From NCBI GenBank assembly GCA_004431415.1, contig QPMI01000260.1, positions 32,759-96,758 of the forward strand: 64,000 nt of DNA, in the 5' to 3' direction. The notes beneath the pieces were generated by a model. That model saw only the letters and a list, made by a program, of their open reading frames with translations, did not search any database and was not told where the DNA came from. Of the stretch, positions 34,301 to 47,257 are shown one piece after another; the stretch's first letter is position 1, and each line of letters starts with the position of its first letter. The position numbers and the translations under genes were made by a program. Source of the DNA: Cyanophora paradoxa CCMP329 (lineage: Eukaryota; Plantae; Glaucophyta).

Positions 34301-37300
34301 GAGGGCGAGTTCATGCTCGCCTGCGACCGCTGCAGCCGCTGGTTCCACGGTCCGCCGCCCCCGCCCCTCTCCACGGCGCCCTCCAAAGCCCCTTGACTCA
34401 CGCCGCCGCAGGGCCCTGCGTGGGCATCCCCGCGCAGACGAGCGTCAAGTTTTGGCTCTGCGACGACTGCCAGGCCTGCCCCGCCCTCCCGCAGGCGCCT
34501 CACGCCTCGCGCTCACCGCTCGCAGGTCCTGGCCCGCGTCGAGAGCATGCGGGTCATCGTGGCGGAGGTCGAGGCCGCGCCCAGCGCCCGCGACGAGGGC
34601 GGCAAGAAGAGCAAGAAGGGGAAGGGCGGCGAGCGGGAGGCGGTGGTGCAGGCGGGGGCCCGGGAGGCGGTCTCCGGGGAGCAGCGGGAGCGGGACCTGC
34701 TGGCCCTCGCCCTGCAGGCCTCCCTCGCCGACTACCTCGCCGAGCGGTGCCCGCGCCCGCGCGCCCGCCCCCCGGCCCTCACGCGTGCCGCCAGGTCGCG
34801 CGCGGACGCCTCGCTCCTCGCCGCCCGCCGCTTCCACTTCGCGTGGTGGAGCGCGGAGGACCCGCGCCCGTCCCCCTGCAAGGCACACTTCTTCCGGTCC
34901 GCGCCGGCCTCCCCGCCGCCGCGGCGCCGGCCCGAGGCGCTGCGCAGGGACCATTGGGAGGTGCAGCAGAGGCCAGCCGCGCCAGACGACCCCTCCGAGC
35001 CGCCGTGTGCCCCGCCCTGCGCGGGACGGCCTGGGGCGTGACGCGCGGGGCAGGCGGGTGCTGTCGCGGGACGGGGCGCGGCGGGCGAACGGGGCTCTGG
35101 CGGCGCGGCGGGCGCTGGCGCGGCAGCAGGAGTCGGCGGTGATGTTCGTGGTGGACGTGCTGCAGGAGGCGGAGCCGCGCCTGCGGACGCGCGCCCTCAA
35201 GGTCATCGCCGGCGTCGCCGCCAAGGACCCCGCCATCCTCCTCGACGTCCGCCTCCCACCGCCGGCCCGCCTCGGCGCCGACACGGCGCAGGCGCGCGTG
35301 GAGCGGGCGGTGCAGAACGGCCTGATGGACACCTCGACGCTCGTGCGAGAGGCGGCGCTCGAGCTCGTCGGCAGCTACGTCATCGGCCGCCCCGCCTTCC
35401 TCGAGCAGTACTACTCCTCCATCGCCGACCGCGTCGTCGTCCGCCCGCGCGCCCCGCCCCCGCGCGCCCGGCTGACGGGCGCGGCAGGACGCCGGCGTCT
35501 CGGTGCGGAAGCGCGCGATTCGCGTCCTCCGCGAGGTCTGCATGCAGATGCCCGAGTTCGGCCGCGCCGGTGAGATCTGCCTTCTCCTCGTCCGCCGCAT
35601 CAACGACGAGGAGTCCATCCGCGTCCGCCCGCCTCCCCGCCCGCCCTGCGCCGGCGCCAGCGGCCCTCACCGGCCCGCAGGAGCTCGTCATCAAGACGTT
35701 CCAAGAGCTCTGGTTCGGGGAGGCCGGCGGGCCGGCGGGGACGAGCCTGGAGCGGAAGGTGGCGCAGGTTCTCAGCGTCGTCCGCGGCGCCGCCTCCAGC
35801 GACTGGCTCGTCTCCCTCCTCGAGAAGGTGCCGCCGCGTCGGGCGCCGCCGCCGCCCCCGCCGCCGCTCACCCCCGCCCAGCTGCTCGCCAAGGAGACGG
35901 ACGAGCTCGCCGACCCCGGGGCCGCCGCCGCCCGCAAGCGCGCCGCCGCCGCCGAGCAGGGGCGCTGGCGCCGCGGCGGCGTCGCGGCAACGGGCGGGCA
36001 GTACAGCGCGGCCGGAAAGGTGTACGGCGTGTGCGGGCAGCTTTGCCGCCACATCCTGGGCCTCCTCCTGAGGATCGAGGAGGGGGACGAGGGGGCGGGG
36101 CGAGTGGAGTGGGGCGAGCGGGAGGCGGGGGAGGCGCAGACGGGGACGTACCGCCTGGCGAGCTGCATGCTGGCGCTGAGCGTCTTCTCGCGCGTCGAGC
36201 CGGCCTTCCTCGCCCACGCCCCGGAGGCCCTGCGCCCCTACCTCAAGGCCCCCGAGGGGGGCCCGGCGGGGGCGGCGGCCGAGCAGGCGGAGCAGGGGCG
36301 GCTGCTGCAGCACGCGGCGCTGGTGCTGGAGCGGGTCGTGCCCCTCTGGGAGGCCCCCCGCCCGGAGTCCCTCAACGAGCTTGAGCGCGACCTCGTCAAG
36401 CTCGTCTACACCCAGCAGGCCGCCCCGGCGCGCCCCGCCCGCCCCGCGCCCCGCCCCGCCCCCGCTCACGCCCCGCAGGTCCTCGAGGCGGTCGTGCGAT
36501 GCCTCTGCACCCTCGTCGAGCGGCGCGCTGCCCCCGCCCCGCGGCGGCGGCGCCGGTTGACCTGTGCGCAGGGTCACGCACAACGAGGATCTCGTCGTGG
36601 GCATCGCCAACCGATTCTTCCAGCAGCTCGTCAGCGCCCGCGCCAAGCCCGAGGGCCTCCAGGCCGTCAAGTCGAACCCCGAGCAGGCGCGCCCCGCCCC
36701 CGCCCCGCGGGGCGCGCTCGGGGGCCGAGGCGGCGCAGCTGCGGCGGGTGCGGAACGTGCTGGCGCGGTGCCTCTACGTGATCGGCCTCGTCTTCCGCTT
36801 CTACGACATGGAGCCCGGCGAGGCGCCCGACGCGCCCCCGCAGCCCCTCGACGGCCCCGCCACCACCCTCGCCATCGTGCCCCGCCCGCCCGCCCCGGCC
36901 GGCGCCGCGGGGGCCGACGACGGGGGGGCAGGGGCGGGCGGTGGTGCCGGCGTACGAGATGTACCGGTACTGGTTCGAGCGGGAGCGGGAGGAGGGCGAG
37001 CTGCGCGCCCGCGCCATCCAGGGCCTCGGCCTCCTCTTCCTCCGCCGGCCCCGCCTCATGCTCGAGGCCCGCCCCCCGCGCCGCCCATCGCCGGGCCTCC
37101 CCTCACGCCGCGCAGGCGCGCGAGGTGATCCGCGAGGCGCTCGACCCCGGCGCCGAGGCGCGCATCAAGCTCCAGATGCTCCGCGTCCTCTGCGACTACC
37201 TCGTTGACGGCGCGCCCCGCCCCGCGCCGCCCGCCCGCCCCCGCCCTCACGCCCCCGCAGAGGAGGCCCTCCTCACCTCCCGCAAGGCCTCCGCCGCTGC

Positions 37301-39142
37301 CGCCGCCGCTGCCGCCGTCGCCCGCGTCGCCGCCGGCCCCCAGAGCGAGGAGGCCGAGACCGAGGCGCTGGCGGCTGCCCGCGAGGCGAGCAGCGCCGCC
37401 GCCGCAGCCGCAGTGGCGAACTACGACACGGGGTGCGGGGCGGCGGGGCGGGGGCGGGCGGGGTGGGGCTGAAGAGGCGCAGGGTGAGCACCATTCTGAT
37501 GCAGGAGCACCACGAGCGGGTGGTGGCCCTCGCCTTCGACTCGGACGCCGGCGTCCGCGCCGCGGCCGTCACCCTCCTCGGCCTCATCTTCCGCCAGGGC
37601 CTCGCCAACCCCTACTTCGTGCCCCCCCCCGCCCGCCCCGCCCCGCCCGCCGGCCCAGTCGAGCCGCGCGGCAGCTCGTGGCCCCGCTGGTGGCGACGGA
37701 GACGGACGGGGAGGGGGGCGTGCGGGAGCAGGGGCGCGCGCTGCTGGCGGCGATCGACGAGCGGCAGCCGACGCTGGTGGCGAACCGCATGCGCGAGGGC
37801 GTGGAGCTCGCCTTCACCGCCCGCCCCCCCGACGAGCGCCCCGCCGCCACCGCCCGCGCCCGCCAGCTCGGCGCGGGGGGCCCCGACGAGGGCGAGGGCC
37901 CCCTCTTCGGGCGCCAGTACGCCCTCATCCAGCGCAACAAGGGCTACCGCAACGCCTTCCTGAGCTCCACGCTGCGCCGCTTCGCGAGCGCGGGGGAGCG
38001 GCCGGGGAGCCCGGCGGGGGCGCGCGGGGGGCGGGGGGAGGCGGAGGCGGAGGGGGCGCTGCTGGAGTTCCTGGCGGCGGTGCTCGCCGGCCTCCCGTAC
38101 GCGCTCCCTGAGGAGCCCCTCTTCCTCATCTGGACCATCAACCAGACCGTCGGCCCCCGCCCCGCCCCCGCCCCCGGCCCGCCTCACGCCGCCCAGATCC
38201 TCGCCCGCGCCTCCCTCGTCCTCTCCGGCCTGCGCGAGCGGCTGCTGGCGGCCGGGGAGGAGGACCAGGCGCCCGCGCCCCGCGACCTCTCCCCCGCCGA
38301 CCTCGCCGAGGGTGCGCCCCGCCCCGCCCCCGCCCTCGGCGGCCGGCGCCGACGCGGGGGCAGCGCGGCGGCGGTGCGGGGAGGCGCAGGCCCTCGGCCT
38401 CCTCCTCCTCCTCAAGCGCCGCCTCAAGCTCACCTACGGCCTATCCGACGCGTGCGGGCCCCGCCGCCCGCCGCCCCGCCGCCCCGACCCGCCCGCAGAC
38501 GCTGCAAGGAGTTCGACCCGACCGAGTCGGAGCAGGCGCGGCGCGCTAAGGAGAAGGAGCTCACGGGGGCAGACCCCGCCAAGGACAGGCCCGCCGCGCC
38601 CGCCTCGCGCCGCCGCCGCGCGCTCAGGCGCCCCACAGGCTGCCGCGGCGGACGGACCTGGAGCCGTTCGACCCGTCGCCAGCGCTCGTGGCGGCCGGCC
38701 CGCCCCGTGCCCTCTCCGCGGAGGCCTGCCTGGAGATCTTCCGCGGGGTGCGGGGGCCGGGGCGGGGCGGCGGGGCGGGGGCGGGACGAGGGGGCGGGGC
38801 GCAGTTCGAGCGGCTGATGGAGGAGGACGCGCTGGACTTCACGGGCCTCCTCGACCACGCCACCCTCCGCGGCGCCGCCCGCCGCCCCCGCCGCCGCACC
38901 GCCCCCGCCGACCCCGACGCCCCCGCCCCCGCCGCCTCCCCCTCCGGCGAGACCAAGCGCAAGCGCGGCCGGCCCCGCAAGACCGATCCGGGTCCCAAGA
39001 AGGCCCGCCGGCCCCGCAAGAAGGGCGGCGCGGTGCGCCCCTCCCCACGCCGCGCCCGCCCGCGTCTGCGCGTCGCGCGACGCGCCGCGCGCAGGGGTCG
39101 GACGAGGACGAGGACGACGACGGCGCCCCCGACGACCTCTGA
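31315..39142 (+). CDS. SCC2: Cohesin loader Scc2/Nipped-B-like with internal PHD finger
   Basis: LEQLMEDALALLGAPEWPAAELL, LRTRALKVIAGVAAKDPAIL, DTSTLVREAALELVG, DAGVSVRKRAIRVLRE, QGLANP and LPYALPEEPLFLI, plus PHD Cys/His pattern. Confidence 0.9.
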
Positions 39143-39458
39143 GCCTCCCACGCCCCTCCTTGTCGCGCCTCCCCGCAGCATCCGCGTTGCAGTCCCGCCC
39201 CGACCCGGCCCCCGGGCCCCCCTCTGTACAGTGCTGGTGTCCCTACGAAACACGAAACACGCTTAGCTAACTGACGTTGACGTCGCATATCGCGCCAAAA
39301 TGCACGAGATCTAGAACGTCGATCGATATCGCGACCTGCCTGTTGTCGGCCGAGGAAGGGGGGGGGGGTTCTGAGCTGGGTACGCTGAAAGCCGCGCAAG
39401 CCGAGGGGGCAAGTCGTTCTCTTCCTCCGTTCGTTCTCGTTCAGTCTAGTGATCAGCC

Positions 39459-41508
39459 ATGGCGATGTGGGGCGGCCGCTTCGCGACGGATACCAACACG
39501 CTCATGCTTAAGCTGAGCCAATCGGTCTCTTACGACAAGCGGCTGTACAAGCACGATATCATGGGAAGCATTGCGCACGTGACGATGCTCGGCAAGCAGG
39601 GAATCATCCCCCAGGCCGGTGCGCAATCGCCGCCCGTCCCGACCCTCGGGCTGGCGCGCATAGCGGGCGGCCGGCGCAGCTTGAAATCTTGCGAATGTGC
39701 TCCGGCGCACCGGAAGCCGCAGACGGGCTGCACCCGAGCGCCGTGCTGCGGCTGTTGACCCAATCTGACGAAACGGCGCGACTTCCGCAGATGCCGACAA
39801 GTGCGTCGAGGGCTTGAAGCAGATCCGCAAGATGATCGACGAGGGGAATTTCGAGTGGAAGGAGAAGCTGGAGGACGTGCACATGAACATCGAGAACAAG
39901 CTCACCGAGCTGATCGGCGACGCCGGCGGCAAGCTCCACACCTCCCGCAGCCGCAACGATCAGGTAGGGCGTGTTCGCCCCTGCGATCTGCTTCCGCCCG
40001 GCAGAGCGGCTGCGCGCGGGGCGTGGCGGGGGGCGGGGGGTGCGGGGCGAGGGGGCCGACGGGGGCGGGCGGGGCAGGTGTGCGTGGACGTGCGGATGTA
40101 CCTGCGGGACGAGTGCGAGGAGATCGGCGCGCTGCTGCGGCAGCTGCAGTCCGCGATGGTCGAGACGGCCGAGAAGTACAAGGCGGTCATCCTCCCGGGC
40201 TTCACGCACCTGCAGCACGCGCAGCCCGTCCTCTTCGCCCACTACCTCCTCGCCTACGTCGAGGTCCCGCCCCGGCCGCCCCGCTCCCGCCGGCCCGCCC
40301 AACGCCGCGCAGATGTTCGACCGCGACATCGGGCGGCTGCAGGACTGCCGCCGCCGCATGAACGTCCTGCCCCTCGGCTCGGGCGCCATCGCCGGCACGA
40401 CCCTCCCCATCGACCGCGAGTTCGTCTGCAAGGCCCTCGGCTTCGACGCCGTCATGCGCAACTCGATGGACGCGGTGCGGCGGGGCGGGGCGGGGCGGGG
40501 CCGGGGGCGGGGCCGACGGGGCGCAGACGGCGGACCGGGACTTTGCGGTGGAGCTGCTGGCGGCGCTGTCGATCACGATGATGCACCTCTCGCGCTCGGC
40601 CGAGGACCTCTGCATCTACTGCTCGCAGGAGTTCTCCTACCTCGAGCTCGACGACGCCTTCTCGACGGGTTCCTCCCTCATGCCCCAGAAGAAGAACCCC
40701 GACACCGCCGAGCTCACCCGCGGCAAGACCGGCCGCGTCTACGGCGCGCTGATGGGCCTGCTGACGGTGATGAAGGGGCTGCCGCTCTGCTACAACCGGG
40801 ACATGCAGGAGGACAAGGAGCAGCTGTTCGACGCGATCGACACGGTGAAGCTCGTCGTGGAGGTGTACGCGAAGATGGTGGGGAGCCTGAAGCTGAAGCC
40901 CGAGCGCATGCTCCTCGCCGCCTCCGAGGCCGGCCTCATGGCCACCGACCTCGCCGAGTGGCTCGTCAAGGCCCGCCCCGCCCCGCCCCCTCCCCGCCCC
41001 GCCCCGCCCCCGCCCCCGCCCGCCCCGAGCCGCCCCGAGCGGCCCGCAGCAAGGCGTCCCCTTCCGCCAGGCCCACCACCGCGTCGGCCACTTCGTCGGC
41101 TACTGTGCCGTACGCGCCCCGCCGCCCCGCTGCCTCGCGGAGCCCCTCAGCGCCTCGCAGCGCAAGGGCATCACCCTCGACCAGGCCTCGCTCGCCGAGG
41201 TGCGCCTCCGCCGCCCCCGCGGCCTCACGGGGCGGGGCGCGGGCGACGCGGCCCCGGCAGATGAAGGAGAGCATCCCCGAGGCGAACGAGGAGTGCCTCA
41301 AGATGTTCGCCCCCGCCGAGTCCGTCGCGAAGCGCAACGTCACGGGTGCCCCCGCACGCCCCCCGCGGCGCGCGGCGGGCGGGGCTGAGGGGCGGGGACC
41401 GGGGCAGGCGGGACGGCGCCGGAGCAGGTGGAGAAGCAGGTCGCCTTCTGGAAGAAGGAGCTCGCCCGCCTCGCCGCCGAGCACGCCGCCCGCGCCCCCG
41501 CCCACTAG
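39459..41508 (+). CDS. argH: Argininosuccinate lyase
   Basis: [43 protein letters not shown] and [10 protein letters not shown]. Confidence 0.95.
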
Positions 41509-41967
41509 GCCCCGCCCCCCCGCCGCCCCCGCACCCCTTGGACCTCCCCTCCTTCCCAATCCCCTTCAAATTGACAAGCGGAGCCTACCTACGCAAAATC
41601 GTCCACGGGACGTGCGGGGCCGGCACGGGCCAGTGCAACGACCGGCCCGGGCCGGCGTGGGGGTCTTCCTTTGAAATCGTACACTACGGGAAAATTGCGG
41701 GGGGCGTGCGGCCGCGGGCCCGATGAGACTCGCCTCTGCACGGCGGGGCGGGGCGGCTGCTGCACGGAACTCGGAACCTCGAAAACGAGACCTCGGCGGC
41801 CTCTCTACCGGGAAAACATGCACGAAACGTTACAAGCACCTGCCCTGTGACACTATGCGAGCTGGCTATGCGCTCGGGCTAACGCCAAAAAAGACACGAA
41901 ATTGAGAGGAATAATTAAGCGTGAGGATCTGTACAAGGGGGCGTGGTGGCGGGGAAGCGGCGGGGCG

Positions 41968-43413
41968 TCACTCGGCCTCCTCGTCGACGGGGTGCGGGGA
42001 GCTCGCGGCCGAGGAGGGGCTCCCCGGGGGCGAGGCGGCAGGCGCCTCCCCGCGCCGTAGCGCCTCGAGCAGGCGCCGCAGCTTCTGAATGTACACGGGC
42101 CTGCGCGCCCCGTCGGCCCCGCGAGGCGGCGGCGGGGGGCGCGGGGGCCGGCGCGCGCACTTGGAGAGGTGGCGGTAGGACTCGTCCTCGCCGCCGAGCT
42201 TGGCGATGACCTTGTTGATCTGCTTGCTCGTGAAGCACTCCAGCTCCCCGTCGCTGCAAGCCAGCATCCGCACCCGCAGCGCCCCCGCGCTCATCCCGAT
42301 CACGCTGCCCGCCCCGTCACCCCACTGCGCCTTGCGCCCCGCCCCGCCGCCCCCCCCGCACCTCTCCGGGCGGAAGCGGTCGGGGCCTGGGGCGTCGGGG
42401 CGCCGGCGCGAGGCGCCGGGGCGGGGCCGGGGCCGCGCGGCGCGCCGGAAGATGTCCTCGTCGTCTTCCTCCTCCTCCGCCTCGCCGGCCCCCTCCTCCG
42501 ACGACGCCGACCCCGCCGCCGCGCCAGCCGGCCGCCGGCGCCGCCCCGGCGCCGCCCCCTCATCCTCCGACTCGCTCCCGCCCTCCCGCGCCGCTTCGCC
42601 CCCCGCGCCTCGAACAGGCCGGCCCCGGCAGCACCTGCCCGCCCTCAGCGGCGCCTGCGCGGGGCGCGGGCGGGGGCGGCACCCGCGGTAGGGCGCGGGG
42701 GCGCGCTGGCGGGCGAGGCCGGCGGCGCGCTCCTGGGGGCGGTCGGGGAGGGGCGGGCGGGGCGCGGGACGGGGAGCGGACGGAGAAGGGAGGCCGTCGA
42801 GGGCGGCGCTGGCGGCAATGAGGAGGACGAGGGGCCCGCCGCCGCGCACCGCCGGCACCCCGCCCACGTCGCCCGCAGCCGCTCCCGCGCCTCCGCCTCT
42901 CTCTCCCCCGCGCCCCGCTCCAGCCCCGCTGCGCCCCGCCCCGCTCACATGCCGCCCGGGCGCCGGCGCGGGTGGGCGGCCGGCACCGCGGGAGAGGGGG
43001 CGCCGGGGAGGGGCGAGGGCGCGTGCGAGGAGACCGGCGACGCGCTCCCGGGGCGCCGCCCCTCAGGGCCCCACGCCCCGCCGCCTGCCCGCGGCGTCGG
43101 TGCGCGGCGCGAGGCGCCAGCAGTGGCGCTGCGGTCCCGGCCGGGCGGCGCACGCTTGGGCAAGGCCGGCCGCCTGACGGGCGGCTCGAATCTGAGCTCG
43201 TCGCTCTTCGAGCGCTCGTGCGTCGGCGTCGGCGCCCGCGACTCTGCCGTCGCCCCGCTCGCGCGCGCCGGGCGGGTAGGAGGAGGGCGGGGGCCGGGCG
43301 GCACCCTGGGGGGTGGCGGGGCTGCGCTCGCCGGAGGAAAGGGCGGGGCGAGGCAGCGGGGCGGCCTCCGACGTCGGGCTCCCGTTCAGCAGGGAGTGGA
43401 CGGAGGGCAGCAT
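41968..43413 (-). CDS. Hypothetical low-complexity protein, multi-exon
   Basis: MLPSVHSLL.. start, an acidic tract, and a globular-looking C-terminal segment (LECFTSKQINKVIAKLGG..YIQKLRRLL). An upstream exon near 43525 is possible. Confidence 0.45.
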
Positions 43414-44707
43414 CCCCGCGCCCCGCGGAAAGAAACCTGCCGAGGCAAAAGACAAATGTGAGCGCCAGAAAGTCCTCTGTTTTAAAAAAAGGAAGCAAAT
43501 AAGTACCAGAGGCATCCTTGAGCATCCCGGGGTCTGGGTCGGCGGTCAGTCGGGACGGCCGGTTCGTGCGGGACGGGCCGGGCCGGGGCGCGCGCACTCG
43601 TCGGGGGGGCGCCCAGGGAAACCATGTCGAAGTGGCTAACGCCGCCTGCGATGCCTATCACATCCGCCCAAGCGGCCGTCCGTTCACCTTCTGATCGGAG
43701 CAGCCGTACGCGTACTTGAGAGCGCGCTCACCGTGGCCGGCCTGGGGCGGCCAGTGGTGCGAGTTGCTAGGCACCACAATCTCCATTTCCGCGATGTCGC
43801 ACGAACGAGGGCCCGGCCTTCCGTGGCGGTTACCTCGCGAACCGGCCGCGCCGCCGTCCGGGCCGAGCTGCGACTGCGGTCTGCCATCAGACGATGTCCC
43901 AGGCCTTAAATACTCAGCGGAGGGGCCGCGAGGGACCGCAAAGCCCGCGTACACAGAACTCCGCGCGCCGCGGCCGCGGCCGCCGCGCGCGGCCACCCCA
44001 CAACTCAGGCTGCCAGGAGCTGTGCCTTCGACGTCTAGATTCACGGAATGCCCACCAGGCAGCCGAACTCAAGCCAGAAAACGTGCGCGCGGCGCCGGCG
44101 GCGGATGTCCGCGCACCTCTCGAACGTGCTCCGGTGCTGCAGCTGGTACCGGTGCAAGCTTAAGGCGCCTTAAGCTTGGGCCGGGCGATGCTCCGACGCG
44201 ACTCGACGCATACGTATACGCGCTCGCCTTGAAGTTGGCACGGGATCGACGTCGGCGCCGCCTCTCGATATCGATCTGCTACCGGTATATATACCGGTAG
44301 CGTACCCTAGCTACCGGTAGCTGCAACTTCCACCGAACGTTATAATCAGCATTAATCTTTTAATTTGTCTGGTTAAATTAAAACTTAATGCAATCAACCC
44401 CCATTTTATCCATGGCTTAAGAACACCTTTAATTTAATATCCTTTATTATTGTTCATAGTTTTGAGGCTGCAGGATCACGATCTTCGAAACTCGAGAGCT
44501 CGAGAGGCGCTCGACGCTCGTATGCTGGGATTATCAGTGGGATAGCCTGGGAAGCCTGGGATGGCCGGCCGCCGGCGGCCCCAACGTTTTTAGCGGGCCC
44601 CTAAGCCGGCGCCGGGCGGGGCCTGCAGGCTGCAGCCGCTGAGCTGGCAGCCCTGCTGCGCTGGGCCCTGGGCCGCCGGCGCCGGGGCCGGCCGGCGGGG
44701 AGCAGGC

Positions 44708-47257
44708 CTAGGGGCCCGGGGCAGGAGGGTCAGGCGGCGCGGTCGGGCGGGGGCGGGGCGGGTGCGGGGGCGTCGGGGGGGCGAGGCGGGCGCGGAGGCG
44801 GGCGAGGTCCTCGGCGAGCTCCTCCAGCCCGGGCTCCAGCGCCAGCGCCGCCTCGTAGTCCCCGCACGCTGCCCCCGCGCCCCCGCTCAGCCCCCGCCCC
44901 GCCCCGCCCCGCCCCGTCGCCCCGCGCACCCTCGCGGAAGCGCTCGAGGAGGGCGTAGGCCGAGCCGCGGCGCACGAGGGCCCGCACGAGGGGCCCGGGG
45001 CCGGCGCCGGGGCGGCGCGCAGCACGGAGAGCAGCAGCGTCGCGTCCTGCACGCACTCGTTCGGCCGCCTGCGCGCCCCCTCAAGCCCGCCCCGCCACAA
45101 GCCCGCCCAAGGGGTCGGCCCCGCGCACCCCGCCCGGAGGAACGCGGCGGCTCTGTTTGCGAGGAGGCTGCCGTGCGCCGTGAGCTCGGGGCGGGGGTGC
45201 AGGGCGGGGCGGGGCGGACGCGGGGAGGCGGGGTGCGAGGCGGAGGCCGGCGGTGTAGGCCTCGATGGCGCCCTCGACGTCTCCCCGCTCCGCCAGCATC
45301 GCGTCCCCGCGCTCCTTCAGCCGCAACGCCCCGCCTCCCCGCACCCTCCGCGCCAGCCCCGCCCCCGGCCCCGCCCCCGGGCCCCCCTCGGCCTCCTCTG
45401 CGGGGCGTGAGGCGCGGGGCAGGGCGGGGCGGGGCGGGCGGACGGGGCCGGGTCGGGGGCAAGCCGCTGGCGGCGGCGCGGAGCTCGGCGAGGTCGGAGG
45501 CGACGGCGGCGTCCCCGGGCCCGTACACCAGCGCCGCCTCGTAGTCCCCCGCCGCTGCCCGCCCTCAGCGCCCGCCCCGCCCCGCGCCCCGCCCCGCGCC
45601 CCGCCCCGCCCGCGCACCCTCGTCGGCGAGGCCGAGGCTCCAGAGGGCGGCGCCGCGGCGGGCGAGGAGCTTCGCGAGCGCGCGCCGCGCCGCCTCGTCG
45701 AGGGCGGCCGGGGGCGGGAGCTCGCCGGCGGGGGCGTGCGGTGCGGCGAGGGCGGCGATGGCTGCGGAGCAGTCGTCGGCGCAGGGGCGCCACTGCTCGA
45801 GGAGGAGGCGGCAGGCGGCGCGGTTGGCGAGGGCGCCGAGGAGGCCGGGGGCGAGCTCGAGGGCGGCCGTGTACGCCGACTCCGCCGACCGGAAGTCCTT
45901 CCCCTTGAAGAACGCGTCCCCCCGGTCCTTCAGCCACGCCGCTGCCCCGCCCCGCCTCACCCCAGCCCCGCCCCGCGCCCCCGCGCCCGGCGGCGGGCGG
46001 CGGGCGGCCCGAGGCGCACGGTTCTCCTCGGAGAGGTCCTTGGCGTCGGCCGCCTTGCGCGCCTGCGCCTCCCGCTGCCGCCGCTCCGCCGCCTCCCGCT
46101 CTGCGCCCCGTCGCCCCCGCCCGCCCGAGCGCAGCGGCGCCCCGCACCGAGCACGGACTCGCGGGCCGGCACGTTGGGCGCCGCCCCGATCGAGGTGAAG
46201 CTCGTGGTCACCGTGCCGCCGCGGCGCACGCCGGGCAGCGCCGCCTGGGCGCCGGGCGCCGGGCGGGGGCCTCGTCGTGGAGGTCGGACGCCGGGGCCGG
46301 GCCGGCGGCTCGAGGTCGGCCTCGCCGAAGATCTCCCGCCCCGCCCGCCCCGCCGCCCCGCCACATCCTCCAGCTCCGGCACCTCCTCCTCCTCCCGCGC
46401 CCCTCCGCCTCCCCCACGCCTCCCGCCCCGTCCTCCCCTCCGCCTGCGCCGGCGCCGGGCCGGCGCAGGGGCCCCCGGCGCCCGCAGCGCACTCGCCTCC
46501 GGCTGCGAGGCCGCCCTTGCCGCGGCCGCCTCCTTGGCGGCGAGGCCAAGGGCGCGCTGCGGGGGCGGGCGGTGGGCGGGCGGCCAAACGGGCGCGGGAG
46601 TGCGGCGGCACCTCGTGGGCGGCCTTCTCGCTCTCCTTGAGCTCCTCGATGCGCGCCCGCTCGTCCTTCTCCAACTGCCACGACCGGTCGAACGCCCAGC
46701 GCTCCTCCTGCGCCCGCTTCTCCTGCAGCTCCTCCCGTGCCTGCCGCACCCTCAGCGCCCGCCCCCGCGCTCCAGCCGCCCGCACTCGCCTTCCGCTCCC
46801 GCTCCGCCTTCGCCTTCATTGACGCTTCTCTCCTCTCCTGCAGCGCTCTCCGGTCGCCCTTCGCGGTGAGCTGGCCCCAGCGCTTCGGCTCGCTCTGATT
46901 CCGCGCAGCTCAGCTGCACGTGACCTGGCGGGCTGTGCGCATCATAAAGCGCTCGCCTTAACCAGCGTGAAGTGAAGCGTGCCACCCTCCACGACGGCCT
47001 TGCTCTTCGCGTCGTCGACGATGTCATGCAGGTCCAGCAGCAACAAGTAGGGGGGGCAGTTGAGCTTGAGAAGCACATCCGTAGCTGCGCGGTGCAAGCG
47101 AGTCAGGCCGCACGCGGCGGCGGTGCGGGCCCGGAGTGCGCAAAGAATAGCACTGACATTCGATGTTCAAGTTCTTCTCCAGGCCAGGCTTCAACGGTAC
47201 TTTTACAAACACCTCCGCTTCTGTCTCCTCCCACGTGTACTCGAGCGAGACGGGCAT
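44708..47257 (-). CDS. DNAAF4: Dynein axonemal assembly factor 4 (DYX1C1-like): CS/p23 domain, coiled coil and TPR repeats
   Basis: MPVSLEYTWEETEAEVFVKVPL, LKLNCPPYLLLLDL, WQLEKDERARIEELK, WLKDRGDAFF..Y..A and NRAACRL TPR motifs. Confidence 0.85.

Noticed and set aside
43658-44300. ORFs 43658-44044 and 43716-44300
   Set aside because: No recognisable motifs or consistent exon structure.
33484-46869. Long Arg/Pro/Gly/Ala-rich ORFs (e.g. 33484-35142, 37204-38817, 39971-41674, 45265-46869)
   Set aside because: These are shadow or intron-readthrough frames caused by extreme GC content over real spliced genes.
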